Part shown: in pieces, positions 1-9,096 of the stretch
How the letters are laid out: every line of letters begins with the position of its first letter
How positions within the stretch are numbered: position 1 is the stretch's first letter
DNA from: an uncultured bacterium
Lineage (GTDB): Bacteria; Bacteroidota; Bacteroidia; J057; JADKCL01
DNA length: 64,000 nucleotides
Direction of reading: 5' to 3'
NCBI GenBank assembly: GCA_963923035.1
Contig: CAWUKT010000003.1
Span: 58,518 to 122,517, forward strand
Notes under the pieces: model-generated
What the model saw: the letters and a program-made list of their open reading frames with translations, nothing else
What the model was told of the DNA's origin: nothing
The model's database searches: none
Program-made: the position numbers and the translations under genes

Positions 1-1029
1 ATGAATGCTTCGAAAAAACTCATACTCATCCTGATTGGGATGTGCTTTGGCTTCACAGGGACGTATGGTCAATCCTTCGACTATATCGCCCCCGGAATCA
101 ATCTGCCCAATGTGTACCAACCCGCAACCGGGCCCAGCTTTTCATTTTCCTTCAAACTCAAAGAAACAAACAACCAGCCCTACAGCGGCTCTTTTCGAAC
201 GATGGCGTCCGTCAATGGAGGGCCTGCCTTTATGGTGGATTCGATTCAGGCCAGTGTCGCCCAAAATGGGAATGGCAATACCTATGACATTGTTGTGGAC
301 TCCTTTCCTGCTACTACCCCGCCTTTCATACAGGGTGCCAATGGCGTGGTCGTTTGGGTCATCGACGACAATTTCAATCCCATCTCGGATTTTGATACTT
401 CCAACGTCGTCTACGCCACTCAACCTTCCTTCATGTTGACTCCCACTGGCCTGGTCAACTTCCCTACCAATGTCGAGACCGAAACCGACTATCAGTTCCG
501 GATGGAAGTCACCAATTTTTACGATCAACCCTATTCAGACACCGTCTATATGAACCTGTGGGGCGCGGGCAATTTCTATCGCCTGCCTTCCAAGAAAATC
601 GTCAGCTTTGCCCCCGAAGAGCGCAAAGCCTTTGATGTCCAAGACTTTGCCTACGAGACGCCGCCGTGGGAACTCGGCTTCAACCCCGCCCGGGTTTGGG
701 TGGATGGAAATGGTGCCGTTGCATTGGATACCATCGATACTTCCCTCGACCTTTCTTCCAAAACCGTGGTATCGGTCGACGACCTTGTCGAAGACGCGGT
801 AACCGGCTTGCGGAATCCTACCCACGGACCGATCGTGATCAAGACCCGGGCCGATATCAGCATCCAACAAATTGATATTTATGACCTGGCGGGTCGCCAT
901 GTGCTGCGGCGCTCGGATGATGTCATGGTGGACCTCTCCGAATCTCATCTGGACGATGGCATGTATTGGCTGTCCGCCCAGCTCAGCGATGGCTCGACGT
1001 ACCGCGCAAAGCTGCTCTTTGTCCGTTGA
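1..1029 (+). CDS. Secreted hypothetical protein with type-A T9SS C-terminal sorting domain
   Basis: The ORF begins at window base 1 with a signal-peptide-like N-terminus (MNASKKLILILIGMCFGFTGTYGQ). It ends in a Por_Secre_tail-like segment (IDIYDLAGRHVL...GMYWLSAQLSDGSTYRAKLLFVR). No catalytic motif was recognised. Confidence 0.6.
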   Translation: MNASKKLILILIGMCFGFTGTYGQSFDYIAPGINLPNVYQPATGPSFSFSFKLKETNNQPYSGSFRTMASVNGGPAFMVDSIQASVAQNGNGNTYDIVVDSFPATTPPFIQGANGVVVWVIDDNFNPISDFDTSNVVYATQPSFMLTPTGLVNFPTNVETETDYQFRMEVTNFYDQPYSDTVYMNLWGAGNFYRLPSKKIVSFAPEERKAFDVQDFAYETPPWELGFNPARVWVDGNGAVALDTIDTSLDLSSKTVVSVDDLVEDAVTGLRNPTHGPIVIKTRADISIQQIDIYDLAGRHVLRRSDDVMVDLSESHLDDGMYWLSAQLSDGSTYRAKLLFVR

Positions 1030-2527
1030 TCACTTCCAATAGCATCTTGGGATACCTTCTTCCCTCTTTCTGGGCCCTCAACCACAGCCGGTAATCGATG
1101 ATCTCATTCTCGCCGGGCAAGAACTCTTTGGGTTTTTGCATAAACGCCTTCACACTCTCCTCTTCCCAATTCGGCATTCCCTCCAACCCACTGGTACTCA
1201 AATATTCCAGGGCCTGCATAAAGGTGCGCTGTTCCTCCCGCTGATCCAATTCCCCACTGAACTTCTTTTTGATTTGTTCGATCCGGGTCAATTGGTACTC
1301 GTAATCGCCCTGTTCATAGAGCAAGGCCAGCTCGAAAAGGTGAAGGAGCAGCTGGTTCAAAGGGCTGAGGTTCTGAAAAGCGGGGAGTCGGATGGACTTG
1401 GCCAGGGTCTCCAAGGCCTTGTCCAGGTGGTTTTGCTCGTAGTGGACGTTCGCCAGGTTCAGGAAAATATAGACGCCCATCTCGCTTTCGGTCAGCTTTT
1501 GTTCCTTTTGCACCACCGACTTCAGCAAGATCAAGGCCCGGTCTGATTGCCCGAGGCAGGTATAGTTGTTGACAAGGCCGAGGTAGTAATTGGGAATGAA
1601 GGAGGGGTAATAGCGGCGGTTGTATTCCTCCAAACCGGCTTTCAGTTCCCCACAATAATCGATGGATTCTTCAAACTTGTAGTTTTTGAAGGTGGTATTG
1701 ATGAGCCAGATCAGCATGATGAGCTTGGTCCGGTGGGTATTGCGGTCGAAAAATTGCAGGCGCTGGAACTCCTGGTATTCATCCTTGAGGTAGACCTCGA
1801 GCTGCTCAAAGTTATTCGCCTGGAGCAGCATTTGGGAGGTGAGGTTGAAAATACGGATGCGGCCTTTGGGGGAATTGAAAATGGATTCGTAGTTCTGCAA
1901 GCGGTCCCGGACCTGCTGCATGACGCTCATGATGTCCTCCCCCTTCCGGGCGAAGTTGGATTTCGCCAACTGGTGGTTGACGATCGCCATCGCATTCTGG
2001 CTTTCCTGCAAAAAGTTCAGCTTTGTCTCATTTTCCCCCCGTTTCTCCAACAACCCATCCAGGTCCAGGGTCGTATCCCGCGCCGAAAGCGTCACCAACT
2101 CCTGGAACACCATCTCCTGTACCAGAAACAAATCGTGCTTCTCCGCTTCCTTCAGCGTCTTCTCGTAAAGTCGCCGCGCCAATTTCTGGTGCCCCTTCTT
2201 CCGCAAGGTCCGGGCCAGCAGGAACTGCTGGATGCACCGTTGTTCGTTGTCGAATTCGTGGTGGTGAAAGTTGAGGCTCCGGCTCAGTTCCCGCTGCAAG
2301 CGGTTCTTCAGCACATACAAACGGTTCCGGTTTTTCGGGGAATCCTCCCCGTACAGCTCCACCGTCAGGGTTTTCGTATCGATGGACCGTCCTTCCCGCT
2401 TTTCCTTTCGAATCAGGTCAAACAGTTCCAAGGTCTTCCGATCGTGGGCTGTATCGACTCGGGAAACCAGCAATTTGAACATTCGAACCTCTTCCTTACC
2501 CAGCACCTGAATGATATTCTCAATCAT
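983..2527 (-). CDS. Hypothetical helical-repeat (TPR-like) protein; member of a three-copy paralogous architecture in this window
   Basis: A 514-aa ORF with protein-like composition. The + strand ORF 1547..2542 is its mirror artefact. The helix-rich, Leu/Glu/Lys/Tyr-rich C-terminal half reads like TPR-type repeats. Its size and N-terminal layout match the ORFs at 18719..20185 and 41304..42701. Confidence 0.55.
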   Translation of the reverse strand: MIENIIQVLGKEEVRMFKLLVSRVDTAHDRKTLELFDLIRKEKREGRSIDTKTLTVELYGEDSPKNRNRLYVLKNRLQRELSRSLNFHHHEFDNEQRCIQQFLLARTLRKKGHQKLARRLYEKTLKEAEKHDLFLVQEMVFQELVTLSARDTTLDLDGLLEKRGENETKLNFLQESQNAMAIVNHQLAKSNFARKGEDIMSVMQQVRDRLQNYESIFNSPKGRIRIFNLTSQMLLQANNFEQLEVYLKDEYQEFQRLQFFDRNTHRTKLIMLIWLINTTFKNYKFEESIDYCGELKAGLEEYNRRYYPSFIPNYYLGLVNNYTCLGQSDRALILLKSVVQKEQKLTESEMGVYIFLNLANVHYEQNHLDKALETLAKSIRLPAFQNLSPLNQLLLHLFELALLYEQGDYEYQLTRIEQIKKKFSGELDQREEQRTFMQALEYLSTSGLEGMPNWEEESVKAFMQKPKEFLPGENEIIDYRLWLRAQKEGRRYPKMLLEVINGQRAALRGTSSHR

Positions 2528-3056
2528 AGCAACATTTTTTGAAGCACTAAGACAAAAATAGTCTTCACTGATTTAAACTAATCATTTGGCTCCTCATTCC
2601 AAAGGTGGAGTTGTAAGATTTTCAGGGCTCCGACCAGATACTATGCTCCACCCCTGTACATTTGAATAAATATCAATCAAAGCCTGGTGGACCAAACAAT
2701 GGCAACACTGCGGGCTGGGAACCCATCCGAAAGGATAAGTACCACCAGGTTAGATCTTTGTCATCGGATACAATTAATAAATGCTTCTTTCGATCAGTGT
2801 TTTTGCTGATTGAAACAGTGAAAAAATTTACACGCGAGAACTAGTAGTATTTCTATTTCAAAATGCTGATGTGAACAGCACTCGATAGATACCAGAACTA
2901 CTCTTCGTAAATGCTTTAGTTCGTAGAATATAAGTTTCTACATTTTTTTCCCCTTTGAATCGAGCTGTTTTCACCTAGCGAGCCGGAGGTGTGGAGACCT
3001 CCATCTGTTGTACAGTTGTATGATTTACGTGAACTAGATTTTTTAGTTTGAGGTAA

Positions 3057-3084
3057 GAGTTCCTGCGGTCTTCCGCAGGAACTC
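3057..3084. terminator. Strong GC hairpin immediately 3' of the histidine-kinase gene (possible bidirectional terminator)
   Basis: A perfect 12-bp stem, GAGTTCCTGCGG-tctt-CCGCAGGAACTC, lies 3 nt beyond the kinase stop codon (3087-3089, minus strand). A T-rich run follows it on the + strand. Confidence 0.5.
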
Positions 3085-3086
3085 TT

Positions 3087-4310
3087 TCACTTTTTGGCCT
3101 TTTTCGCTGCTTTGATGGTTTGTTTGGTGGGCAATTGAATCCGAAAGGTGGTTCCCTTTCCAACCTCCGAATGCAAGACGTAGATTTTGCCGCCGTGGTA
3201 ATTCTCCACCACGCGCCGGGTCAGGCTCAGGCCCAATCCCCATCCCCGCTTCTTGGTCGTGAATCCCGGCTTGAAGACCGTCTTCCACTGGTGCTTCGGG
3301 ATGCCCTTGCCGGTATCGCTGATGTCGATCTGGAAGTGGCGGCCGCGTTCGGAAGCCTGGATGGTGATCTTGCCCTTGCCCGGGATGGCATCCAGGGCAT
3401 TTTTGAGGAGGTTCTCGATGACCCACTCGAAAAGAGCTTCGTTGACGGCCAGGTTACGTTCCGGCGGAATGTCGTTCTGGACTTCGAGCTGCACCTTGCG
3501 GGGCATGCGCTTGCGCAGGTACTCCGCGGCCCGGTCCAGCAATCGGCTGATCGAGACCGGGAACAGCTCGGGTACCGACCCAATCTTGGAGAAACGCTCG
3601 GCAATCGTCCGCAGGCGGGTCACGTCCTTCCGCAACTCCTCGATCAATTCCTGGTCCTCTTCATCTCCATCGTCCTTCAATTCCAGCAGCTCCACCCACG
3701 CCATCAGGCTCGACACCGGGGTCCCCAACTGGTGCGCTGTTTCCTTCGCCATTCCCACCCAGACCTTGTTTTGCTCGTTTTTCTGGGCAATGAAAAAGCT
3801 ACCGAAGACAATGGAGATGAAGGCGATGATCACAATGAGCATCAGATAGGGATAGAACCGCAGTTTCTTCAGGATCTCGGATTCATCGTAATAAATCTCC
3901 AATTCCTGCCCGTAATACGGGATGACCAGGGGCTCCGGAGTCGCCTGGGACTGCAACTTTTCCAAATAGTCCAATTCGGCTTGTTTTTTCTCCTCCCCCG
4001 CCAACGTAGAGTCAATCGGCAGGTTCATTGTCGAATTCACCTCCCCATTCATCACCAAAACTGTCGGGATCAATTCATTTTGCGTGATCACGTTCTGGGT
4101 GACCCATTGCACCTCACAATTGTCCGGATCGATTTCCATGTCCCCGGCAAATTCCAGGGCCTTGGCGTAGGTGTCCATCCGCTTGACTTCCTGCTCCAGC
4201 AGCTGCTGGGCGAGGAAATTGGAGTAGAGGAGGGAACCGGCGGTGATGGCTATTGCCAGCAGGCCGAAGACCAACAATCGGATATTCGAACGGAGCGACC
4301 AGGAAAACAT
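3087..4310 (-). CDS. Membrane-bound sensor histidine kinase (HisKA + HATPase_c)
   Basis: H-box AHQLGTPVSSLMAWVELLE, N-box NLLKNALDAI, G1 DTGKGIP and G2 GWGLGLSLTRRVV are present. There are two hydrophobic segments (N-terminal, and YLMLIVIIAFISIVFGSFFIA) flanking an extracytoplasmic region of about 140 aa. No adjacent response regulator is present. Confidence 0.85.
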   Translation of the reverse strand: MFSWSLRSNIRLLVFGLLAIAITAGSLLYSNFLAQQLLEQEVKRMDTYAKALEFAGDMEIDPDNCEVQWVTQNVITQNELIPTVLVMNGEVNSTMNLPIDSTLAGEEKKQAELDYLEKLQSQATPEPLVIPYYGQELEIYYDESEILKKLRFYPYLMLIVIIAFISIVFGSFFIAQKNEQNKVWVGMAKETAHQLGTPVSSLMAWVELLELKDDGDEEDQELIEELRKDVTRLRTIAERFSKIGSVPELFPVSISRLLDRAAEYLRKRMPRKVQLEVQNDIPPERNLAVNEALFEWVIENLLKNALDAIPGKGKITIQASERGRHFQIDISDTGKGIPKHQWKTVFKPGFTTKKRGWGLGLSLTRRVVENYHGGKIYVLHSEVGKGTTFRIQLPTKQTIKAAKKAKK

Positions 4311-4477
4311 TGCGAAAAGATAACTGATTTTGGGGAGAGGTGAAGGGAAGAAAAAAATGGGGCAAATGGTTTAATCAGTGGGGATTATGAAGAAAAGTGG
4401 CAACCATTCTGAGAAATGTCAGTATATTATGTACGCAAGGGTTTTTCATCAATATTCGAATTGTAAAGTTTTGTAAT

Positions 4478-4485
4478 TAGTTTTG
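4478..4485 (+). promoter_or_regulatory. Candidate Bacteroidota -7 promoter box upstream of hemA
   Basis: TAGTTTTG matches the TAnnTTTG -7 consensus. It lies about 75 nt upstream of the hemA ATG at 4560, in an AT-rich gap. This is a motif match only. Confidence 0.3.
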
Positions 4486-4559
4486 GGGGTCTCTCCATAC
4501 CTAAAGTGGGCTACACTTGTTTGGGGAGAGCTTCGGTAAAAACACGGTTTTCGTGTCGA

Positions 4560-5837
4560 ATGATGCAAGAAATTTTCAGAGTCATTAGTTTATCTCACCG
4601 GAAAGCTCCGGTGGCGGTGCGTGAGCGGATGTACCTCAACCAGGAAGGATGCGTTCGACTCTCCAACAGCATCCGGGAAGTGCTGGAAGTCGAGGAAGTC
4701 CTCGTCCTCTCCACCTGCAACCGGACCGAGATTTACTATTCATCTCCCCGCGATCGCTTCACCGAGATCCTTCGGTTGATCTGCCTCGAAAAAGGCCTCC
4801 GCGATCCCTTCCAATTCGAGCGGCACTTTGAAGTCATCAACGACGAGGGCGAAGCGGTTCGCCACCTCTTCTCCGTCTCCATGGGCCTGCAATCGCAGGT
4901 CATCGGTGACCTCCAGATCTCGAACCAGGTCAAGCGGGCCTACGCCACCGCAGTCGAAATGAAATTGGCCGGTCCCTTCATGCACCGGTTGCTCCATACC
5001 ATCTTCCACGCCAACAAGCGTGTCCAGCAGGAGACCGCCTACCGGGACGGTGCCGCCAGCGTCAGCTATGCCGCCTGTGAGCTCGCCCGCGAACTCCTCC
5101 AGATGCACCATACCCCCCGCGTCCTCGTCGTAGGACTCGGAGAAATGGGACGCGACGTCGCCCGGGGATTGGCCGATTCCTTCCCGGAACTGACCATCTC
5201 CAACCGGACCCTCGCCAAGGCCCAGGCCCTTGCCACCGAAACCGGAGCCCAGGTCCTTCCCTTCGAGGACATCCACGACGCCCTCCCCAACTACCACCTG
5301 ATCGTTTCCGCGGTCAGCGTCGACCAGCCCATCTTCCTCAAATCTCACCTCGACGACCTCGCCAAGTTCCAGCAGAAGTTCTTCATTGACCTCTGCGTTC
5401 CGCGCACTGTCGAACCGAGCATGGAAGAAATCCCCGGCGTCATCGTCTACGACATCGACGACATCCGCTCCCGGACCGATGCCACCGTCGCCAAGCGCGT
5501 CGCGGCCATCCCCGAAGTGGAAGCCATCATCGAGGGCGAAATGGCCGGCTTCATCGGCTGGCGCAAGGAACTCACCATCTCTCCGGTGATCCAGCGCTTC
5601 AAGGAAGCCCTCGAGGACATCCGGAAGGAAGAGCTGGCCCGCTACCTCAAGAATGCGGACGCAGAAGAGTCGGCCCTCGTCGACAAGGTCACCCGCAGCA
5701 TGGTCAACAAGATCATCAAGTTGCCGGTCCTCCAGCTCAAGGCCGCCTGTCAGCGCGGCGAAGAGGAAGCATTGGCCGAAGTCCTCCGCGACCTGTTCAA
5801 CCTGGAAGCCAAAAACACGAGCGAAATCAGCCACTGA
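4560..5837 (+). CDS. hemA: Glutamyl-tRNA reductase
   Basis: The N-terminus reads MMQEIFRVISLSHRKAPVAVRERMYL. The active-site motif VLSTCNRTEIYY is present, and the NAD-binding region reads VLVVGLGEMGRDVA. The start was moved to the ATG at 4560, because the 18 upstream codons of the tracked ORF do not look like HemA. Confidence 0.9.
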   Translation: MMQEIFRVISLSHRKAPVAVRERMYLNQEGCVRLSNSIREVLEVEEVLVLSTCNRTEIYYSSPRDRFTEILRLICLEKGLRDPFQFERHFEVINDEGEAVRHLFSVSMGLQSQVIGDLQISNQVKRAYATAVEMKLAGPFMHRLLHTIFHANKRVQQETAYRDGAASVSYAACELARELLQMHHTPRVLVVGLGEMGRDVARGLADSFPELTISNRTLAKAQALATETGAQVLPFEDIHDALPNYHLIVSAVSVDQPIFLKSHLDDLAKFQQKFFIDLCVPRTVEPSMEEIPGVIVYDIDDIRSRTDATVAKRVAAIPEVEAIIEGEMAGFIGWRKELTISPVIQRFKEALEDIRKEELARYLKNADAEESALVDKVTRSMVNKIIKLPVLQLKAACQRGEEEALAEVLRDLFNLEAKNTSEISH

Positions 5838-5860
5838 GCTGGCCCACAAAATACCATCTG

Positions 5861-5888
5861 AAGCCGCCCTGAGGGCGGCTTTTTCTTT
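5861..5888 (+). terminator. Rho-independent terminator after hemA
   Basis: The hairpin AAGCCGCCC-tga-GGGCGGCTT is followed by TTTTCTTT and starts 24 nt after the hemA stop. Confidence 0.7.
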
Positions 5889-5952
5889 GTCCCCCCTCCC
5901 ATTTTAAACATATTTGCAGTCCGTGGGTCTTACCATCAAATACACCAACAAT

Positions 5953-6570
5953 ATGTTCACAGGAATCATTGAATCAGTCGGCAAAGTGGTCTCCATCCGG
6001 GACGAAGGCACCAACCGGACCTTTCGCTTCCGGGTCGCCCTCGATGAGGAGCCGATCAAAGTGGACCAGAGCATCGCCCACAACGGGGTGTGCCTGACCG
6101 TGACCAAGGTGTTTGAGGATGCCGAGGGGAACAAGGAGTACGAAATGGACGCGGTCCAGGAGACGCTGGAGAAGACGAGCTTGGGCGAACTGAACGTAGG
6201 AGACCCGATCAATGTAGAACGTTGCCTGAAGGCCGGCCAACGGCTCGACGGACACTTTGTGCAAGGCCACGTGGATACGGTGGGGCGCGTCACGGAGATC
6301 GAGACGCGGGACGGCTCCTGGATGTACCGGTTTGCCTTTCCCGACCGCTACGCCAGCCTGCTCGTCGACAAGGGCTCCATCACCATCAACGGGGTCAGCC
6401 TGACCGTCGTGGACGCCGGCCGGGATTCATTTTCCGTCACCATCATCCCCTATACCTTCGACCATACCAATTTCCACCACCTCAAGGTCGGCGATGCGGT
6501 CAATCTGGAATTCGATGTGTTGGGAAAATACATCCTGCGGATGCAGGACTTGCAAGCCCATCAGGAGTGA
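5953..6570 (+). CDS. ribE: Riboflavin synthase (alpha subunit)
   Basis: It has the canonical N-terminus MFTGIIESVGKV. Two internally duplicated lumazine-binding halves are visible (GVCLTV... and INGVSLTVV...). The start was placed at the MFTGII methionine. Confidence 0.9.
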   Translation: MFTGIIESVGKVVSIRDEGTNRTFRFRVALDEEPIKVDQSIAHNGVCLTVTKVFEDAEGNKEYEMDAVQETLEKTSLGELNVGDPINVERCLKAGQRLDGHFVQGHVDTVGRVTEIETRDGSWMYRFAFPDRYASLLVDKGSITINGVSLTVVDAGRDSFSVTIIPYTFDHTNFHHLKVGDAVNLEFDVLGKYILRMQDLQAHQE

Positions 6571-7862
6571 TGTAGCTTCTCGACCTGGAGCGTGATGATC
6601 TTGTTGTCGGACGCGTCCACCACCAGAAAGCGGAAGCCTTCGCCTTCAATCACCGCCTTCGTATCGGGAATGTCCTCGGCCAGGGCGATCACCAGCCCGC
6701 CCAGGGTCGTATAATCGCCCTCCGGCAGGCCCAGGTGGTACTCTTCGTTCAGGTCATCGACCTCGTGCCGGGCGCTCAGCAGCCATGTATTCTCGTCGAT
6801 CCGCTTGGCCAGTAATTCCTCCTCTTCCGGCTCGTCGTACTCGTCCTCAATTTCTCCGAACACTTCCTCCACCAGGTCCTCAATCGTCACGAGACCGGCC
6901 GTTCCGCCAAATTCATCGACCACCAGGGCGATGGTCTTGCGGTTATTGGTGAACTCCGTCCACAAAACATCCGCCGACATGGTCTCCGGCACCGTCATGA
7001 TCGGTTGGAGCACCTCCCCGATTTCTTTCGGCTGTTGGAAGAGGCTGGAAGAATGCACAAAACCGATCACCATGTCCAGGTTTTCCTGGTAGATCAGGAT
7101 CTTCGAATGCCCCGTATCGATGAATTCATCGATCAGCTGATCGATGGTACAGTCCATTTGCAAGGCATGGAGCTCCGTCCGCGGCACCATGAATTCCCGC
7201 ACCTTCGTCTCATTGAACTCCATCGCGTTCTCGAACATCTCCCGGTCGATCTCGATACCTTCCGAGTCCTGGTTGATGGCCGCGACCGTTTCCCGCACGT
7301 ACAGGTTGAGGTCTTCCTTCCCAAAGACCAATTCTTCCTCTTCGTACTTCAACCGGAAGACCCGCAGCAACAGAAAGCGGGACAGGCGGTTGATCGCGAG
7401 GACGAAGGGACCGAAGAGGTAGTAGAAAAACCGCAGGACCGACGGGGTGATCTTGGAGAACATGATCTGCTCGGCCTTCAGGCGGAAAAATGCTTTGGGG
7501 AGGTATTCGCCGAAAAAGAGGATGACCAGGGTGGAAACGATGGTCTGGATCGTGAGCGCCGTGAAGGGACTCGTGGCCGGATCCAGGACATCGAGGGTAA
7601 TCAGGAGGTAATTGAGGACCTTGGCAATGAAAATACCATACAGGACCAGGGCGAGGTTATTGCCAACGAGGATGGTGGTGATGACCCGGGGCGTCTTCTT
7701 GACGAAGAAGGACAATTGCTGCCCGACGGGATCCCCCTGAGCACTTTTGAGCTCGATTTTGAGGCGGTTGGTAGAGACAAATGCCATTTCGATGCCCGAA
7801 AAGAGGGCAGAGAGGGCCAGCATCACGACCAGCCAAACCAGGTCCCAGGCATTAAGCTCCAT
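6561..7862 (-). CDS. CNNM/TlyC-family membrane protein (DUF21 + CBS pair + CorC_HlyC); GldE-like
   Basis: The N-terminal multi-TM DUF21 region carries LSALFSGIEMAF. The central part resembles a CBS pair, and the C-terminal CorC/HlyC-type domain reads GDYTTLGGLVIA...FRFLVVDASDNKI. Size and architecture match Bacteroidota GldE, but orthology cannot be proven here. Confidence 0.8.
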   Translation of the reverse strand: MELNAWDLVWLVVMLALSALFSGIEMAFVSTNRLKIELKSAQGDPVGQQLSFFVKKTPRVITTILVGNNLALVLYGIFIAKVLNYLLITLDVLDPATSPFTALTIQTIVSTLVILFFGEYLPKAFFRLKAEQIMFSKITPSVLRFFYYLFGPFVLAINRLSRFLLLRVFRLKYEEEELVFGKEDLNLYVRETVAAINQDSEGIEIDREMFENAMEFNETKVREFMVPRTELHALQMDCTIDQLIDEFIDTGHSKILIYQENLDMVIGFVHSSSLFQQPKEIGEVLQPIMTVPETMSADVLWTEFTNNRKTIALVVDEFGGTAGLVTIEDLVEEVFGEIEDEYDEPEEEELLAKRIDENTWLLSARHEVDDLNEEYHLGLPEGDYTTLGGLVIALAEDIPDTKAVIEGEGFRFLVVDASDNKIITLQVEKLHHS

Positions 7863-8079
7863 CGTCGTTGACTTCTTCTTCCAGTTGCTCGATTTCCCGT
7901 CGCTCCGCTTCTTCCAACTTCCGACGCTGCTGCCGACGGAACGAGAACATAAAGGAAGATATGACTATTCCGATGATTAACGCAAGCCGATTGGAGTTCT
8001 CCATCTCATCGTACCAAAACGTCAGGAAGACGATCAGGCCGATAGACACGGCGAGGTAGGTATATTCAAAGTAGCGCAT
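7852..8079 (-). CDS. Small two-TM membrane protein with a charged C-terminal tail
   Basis: A 75-aa ORF wedged between the LptC-like gene and the GldE-like gene, overlapping both ends, which suggests operon coupling. It has two hydrophobic helices followed by RRQQRRKLEEAERREIEQLEEE. Confidence 0.45.
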   Translation of the reverse strand: MRYFEYTYLAVSIGLIVFLTFWYDEMENSNRLALIIGIVISSFMFSFRRQQRRKLEEAERREIEQLEEEVNDDGA

Positions 8080-8912
8080 TAAAATCCTTCTTCCATTTTG
8101 ACAGAACCGCGGGGATACAAGAAGTTGTAGGCGGAAAAGTCCATTTTGGCCCAGAGGCTGTCGGCGTAGATATTGTCGTTTTCGGTCTCGACGTGGACGC
8201 GGTTGATGGTGGCGGGCAAAACGGTGGTATCGAGGACGCTCGCGAAATAATCGAAGAGGACGATGTCACCGGGCGTCTTCTCGGGAATGGCCATGACCGA
8301 GTCGGCCAGGTGGCGGATCTCGCGCACCACAGCGGTATCGGCTTTCTCGGAGAAGTTCTTGTCAAAGACTTCCTTGACCGCGTCGGGCGCATTGCCTTCC
8401 AGCAATTGGCGGTCGACCTTGTACTTGCGCACCGGTGGATACCGGTGATACGGCGCCCAGATTTCCTCGCTGTCCTTGTTCCAATATAACTTCAACGACG
8501 TCATCACCCGGCCACTGACGTCTTCAATCGTCACCGGTTTCCCCACAAATTCCGCCCGCTTGAAATCGCCCGGGAACCACGCCGAATCCGCCGTCAGGGT
8601 ACTCTTGAAATTCCCTTCGTCGTCGTAGAAGGTCATTTTCACTCCCCGATCAAACTCCTGCACCGATTCCACCTTCTCCTTGCCATTGTCATCGATGGAC
8701 CGAATCTCCCGCTCAATCGCGTGCGGAGCTTCCAGCGTCGCCTTGATGACCGCTTCCTCCGAGAACACAAAGCGCACATTGTACGCCTCCCGCAGGGGTA
8801 CATCCGTACGGGGGTTCAGGAATTCTTTTTCCCGTTGCGTCCGGGCACAGCCCAGCGCGAACAGGACGATGACAAGGAAGATATGGTTCAGGCGTTGCAT
8901 GAAGTGGAACAA
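8079..8912 (-). CDS. Lipoprotein, possibly LptC/OstA-like with a C-terminal extension
   Basis: It has a lipobox-like signal (IVLFALGC). The N-terminal half has the alternating beta-strand pattern typical of LptC-like proteins (FVFSEEAVIKATLEAP..., MTFYDDEGNFKSTLTADSAWF..., VMTSLKLYWNKDSEEIWA). The functional call is tentative. Confidence 0.5.
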   Translation of the reverse strand: MFHFMQRLNHIFLVIVLFALGCARTQREKEFLNPRTDVPLREAYNVRFVFSEEAVIKATLEAPHAIEREIRSIDDNGKEKVESVQEFDRGVKMTFYDDEGNFKSTLTADSAWFPGDFKRAEFVGKPVTIEDVSGRVMTSLKLYWNKDSEEIWAPYHRYPPVRKYKVDRQLLEGNAPDAVKEVFDKNFSEKADTAVVREIRHLADSVMAIPEKTPGDIVLFDYFASVLDTTVLPATINRVHVETENDNIYADSLWAKMDFSAYNFLYPRGSVKMEEGF

Positions 8913-9096
8913 AAGTAATCAAAAACTCAGGTTATTCAGGGGTAGAACGAAGGGGAGAAAGCAGGAATTGTGAGAGAAGGGGAAAGAGACCGGAAAATGC
9001 CCCCCAACGCCCCTCCCAATCAATTCATTCCAATGCGGTATCCGGTCCCAATCATTTTTTCTGTATTTTAGCCATTCGCTAATTATTGAATACCGA

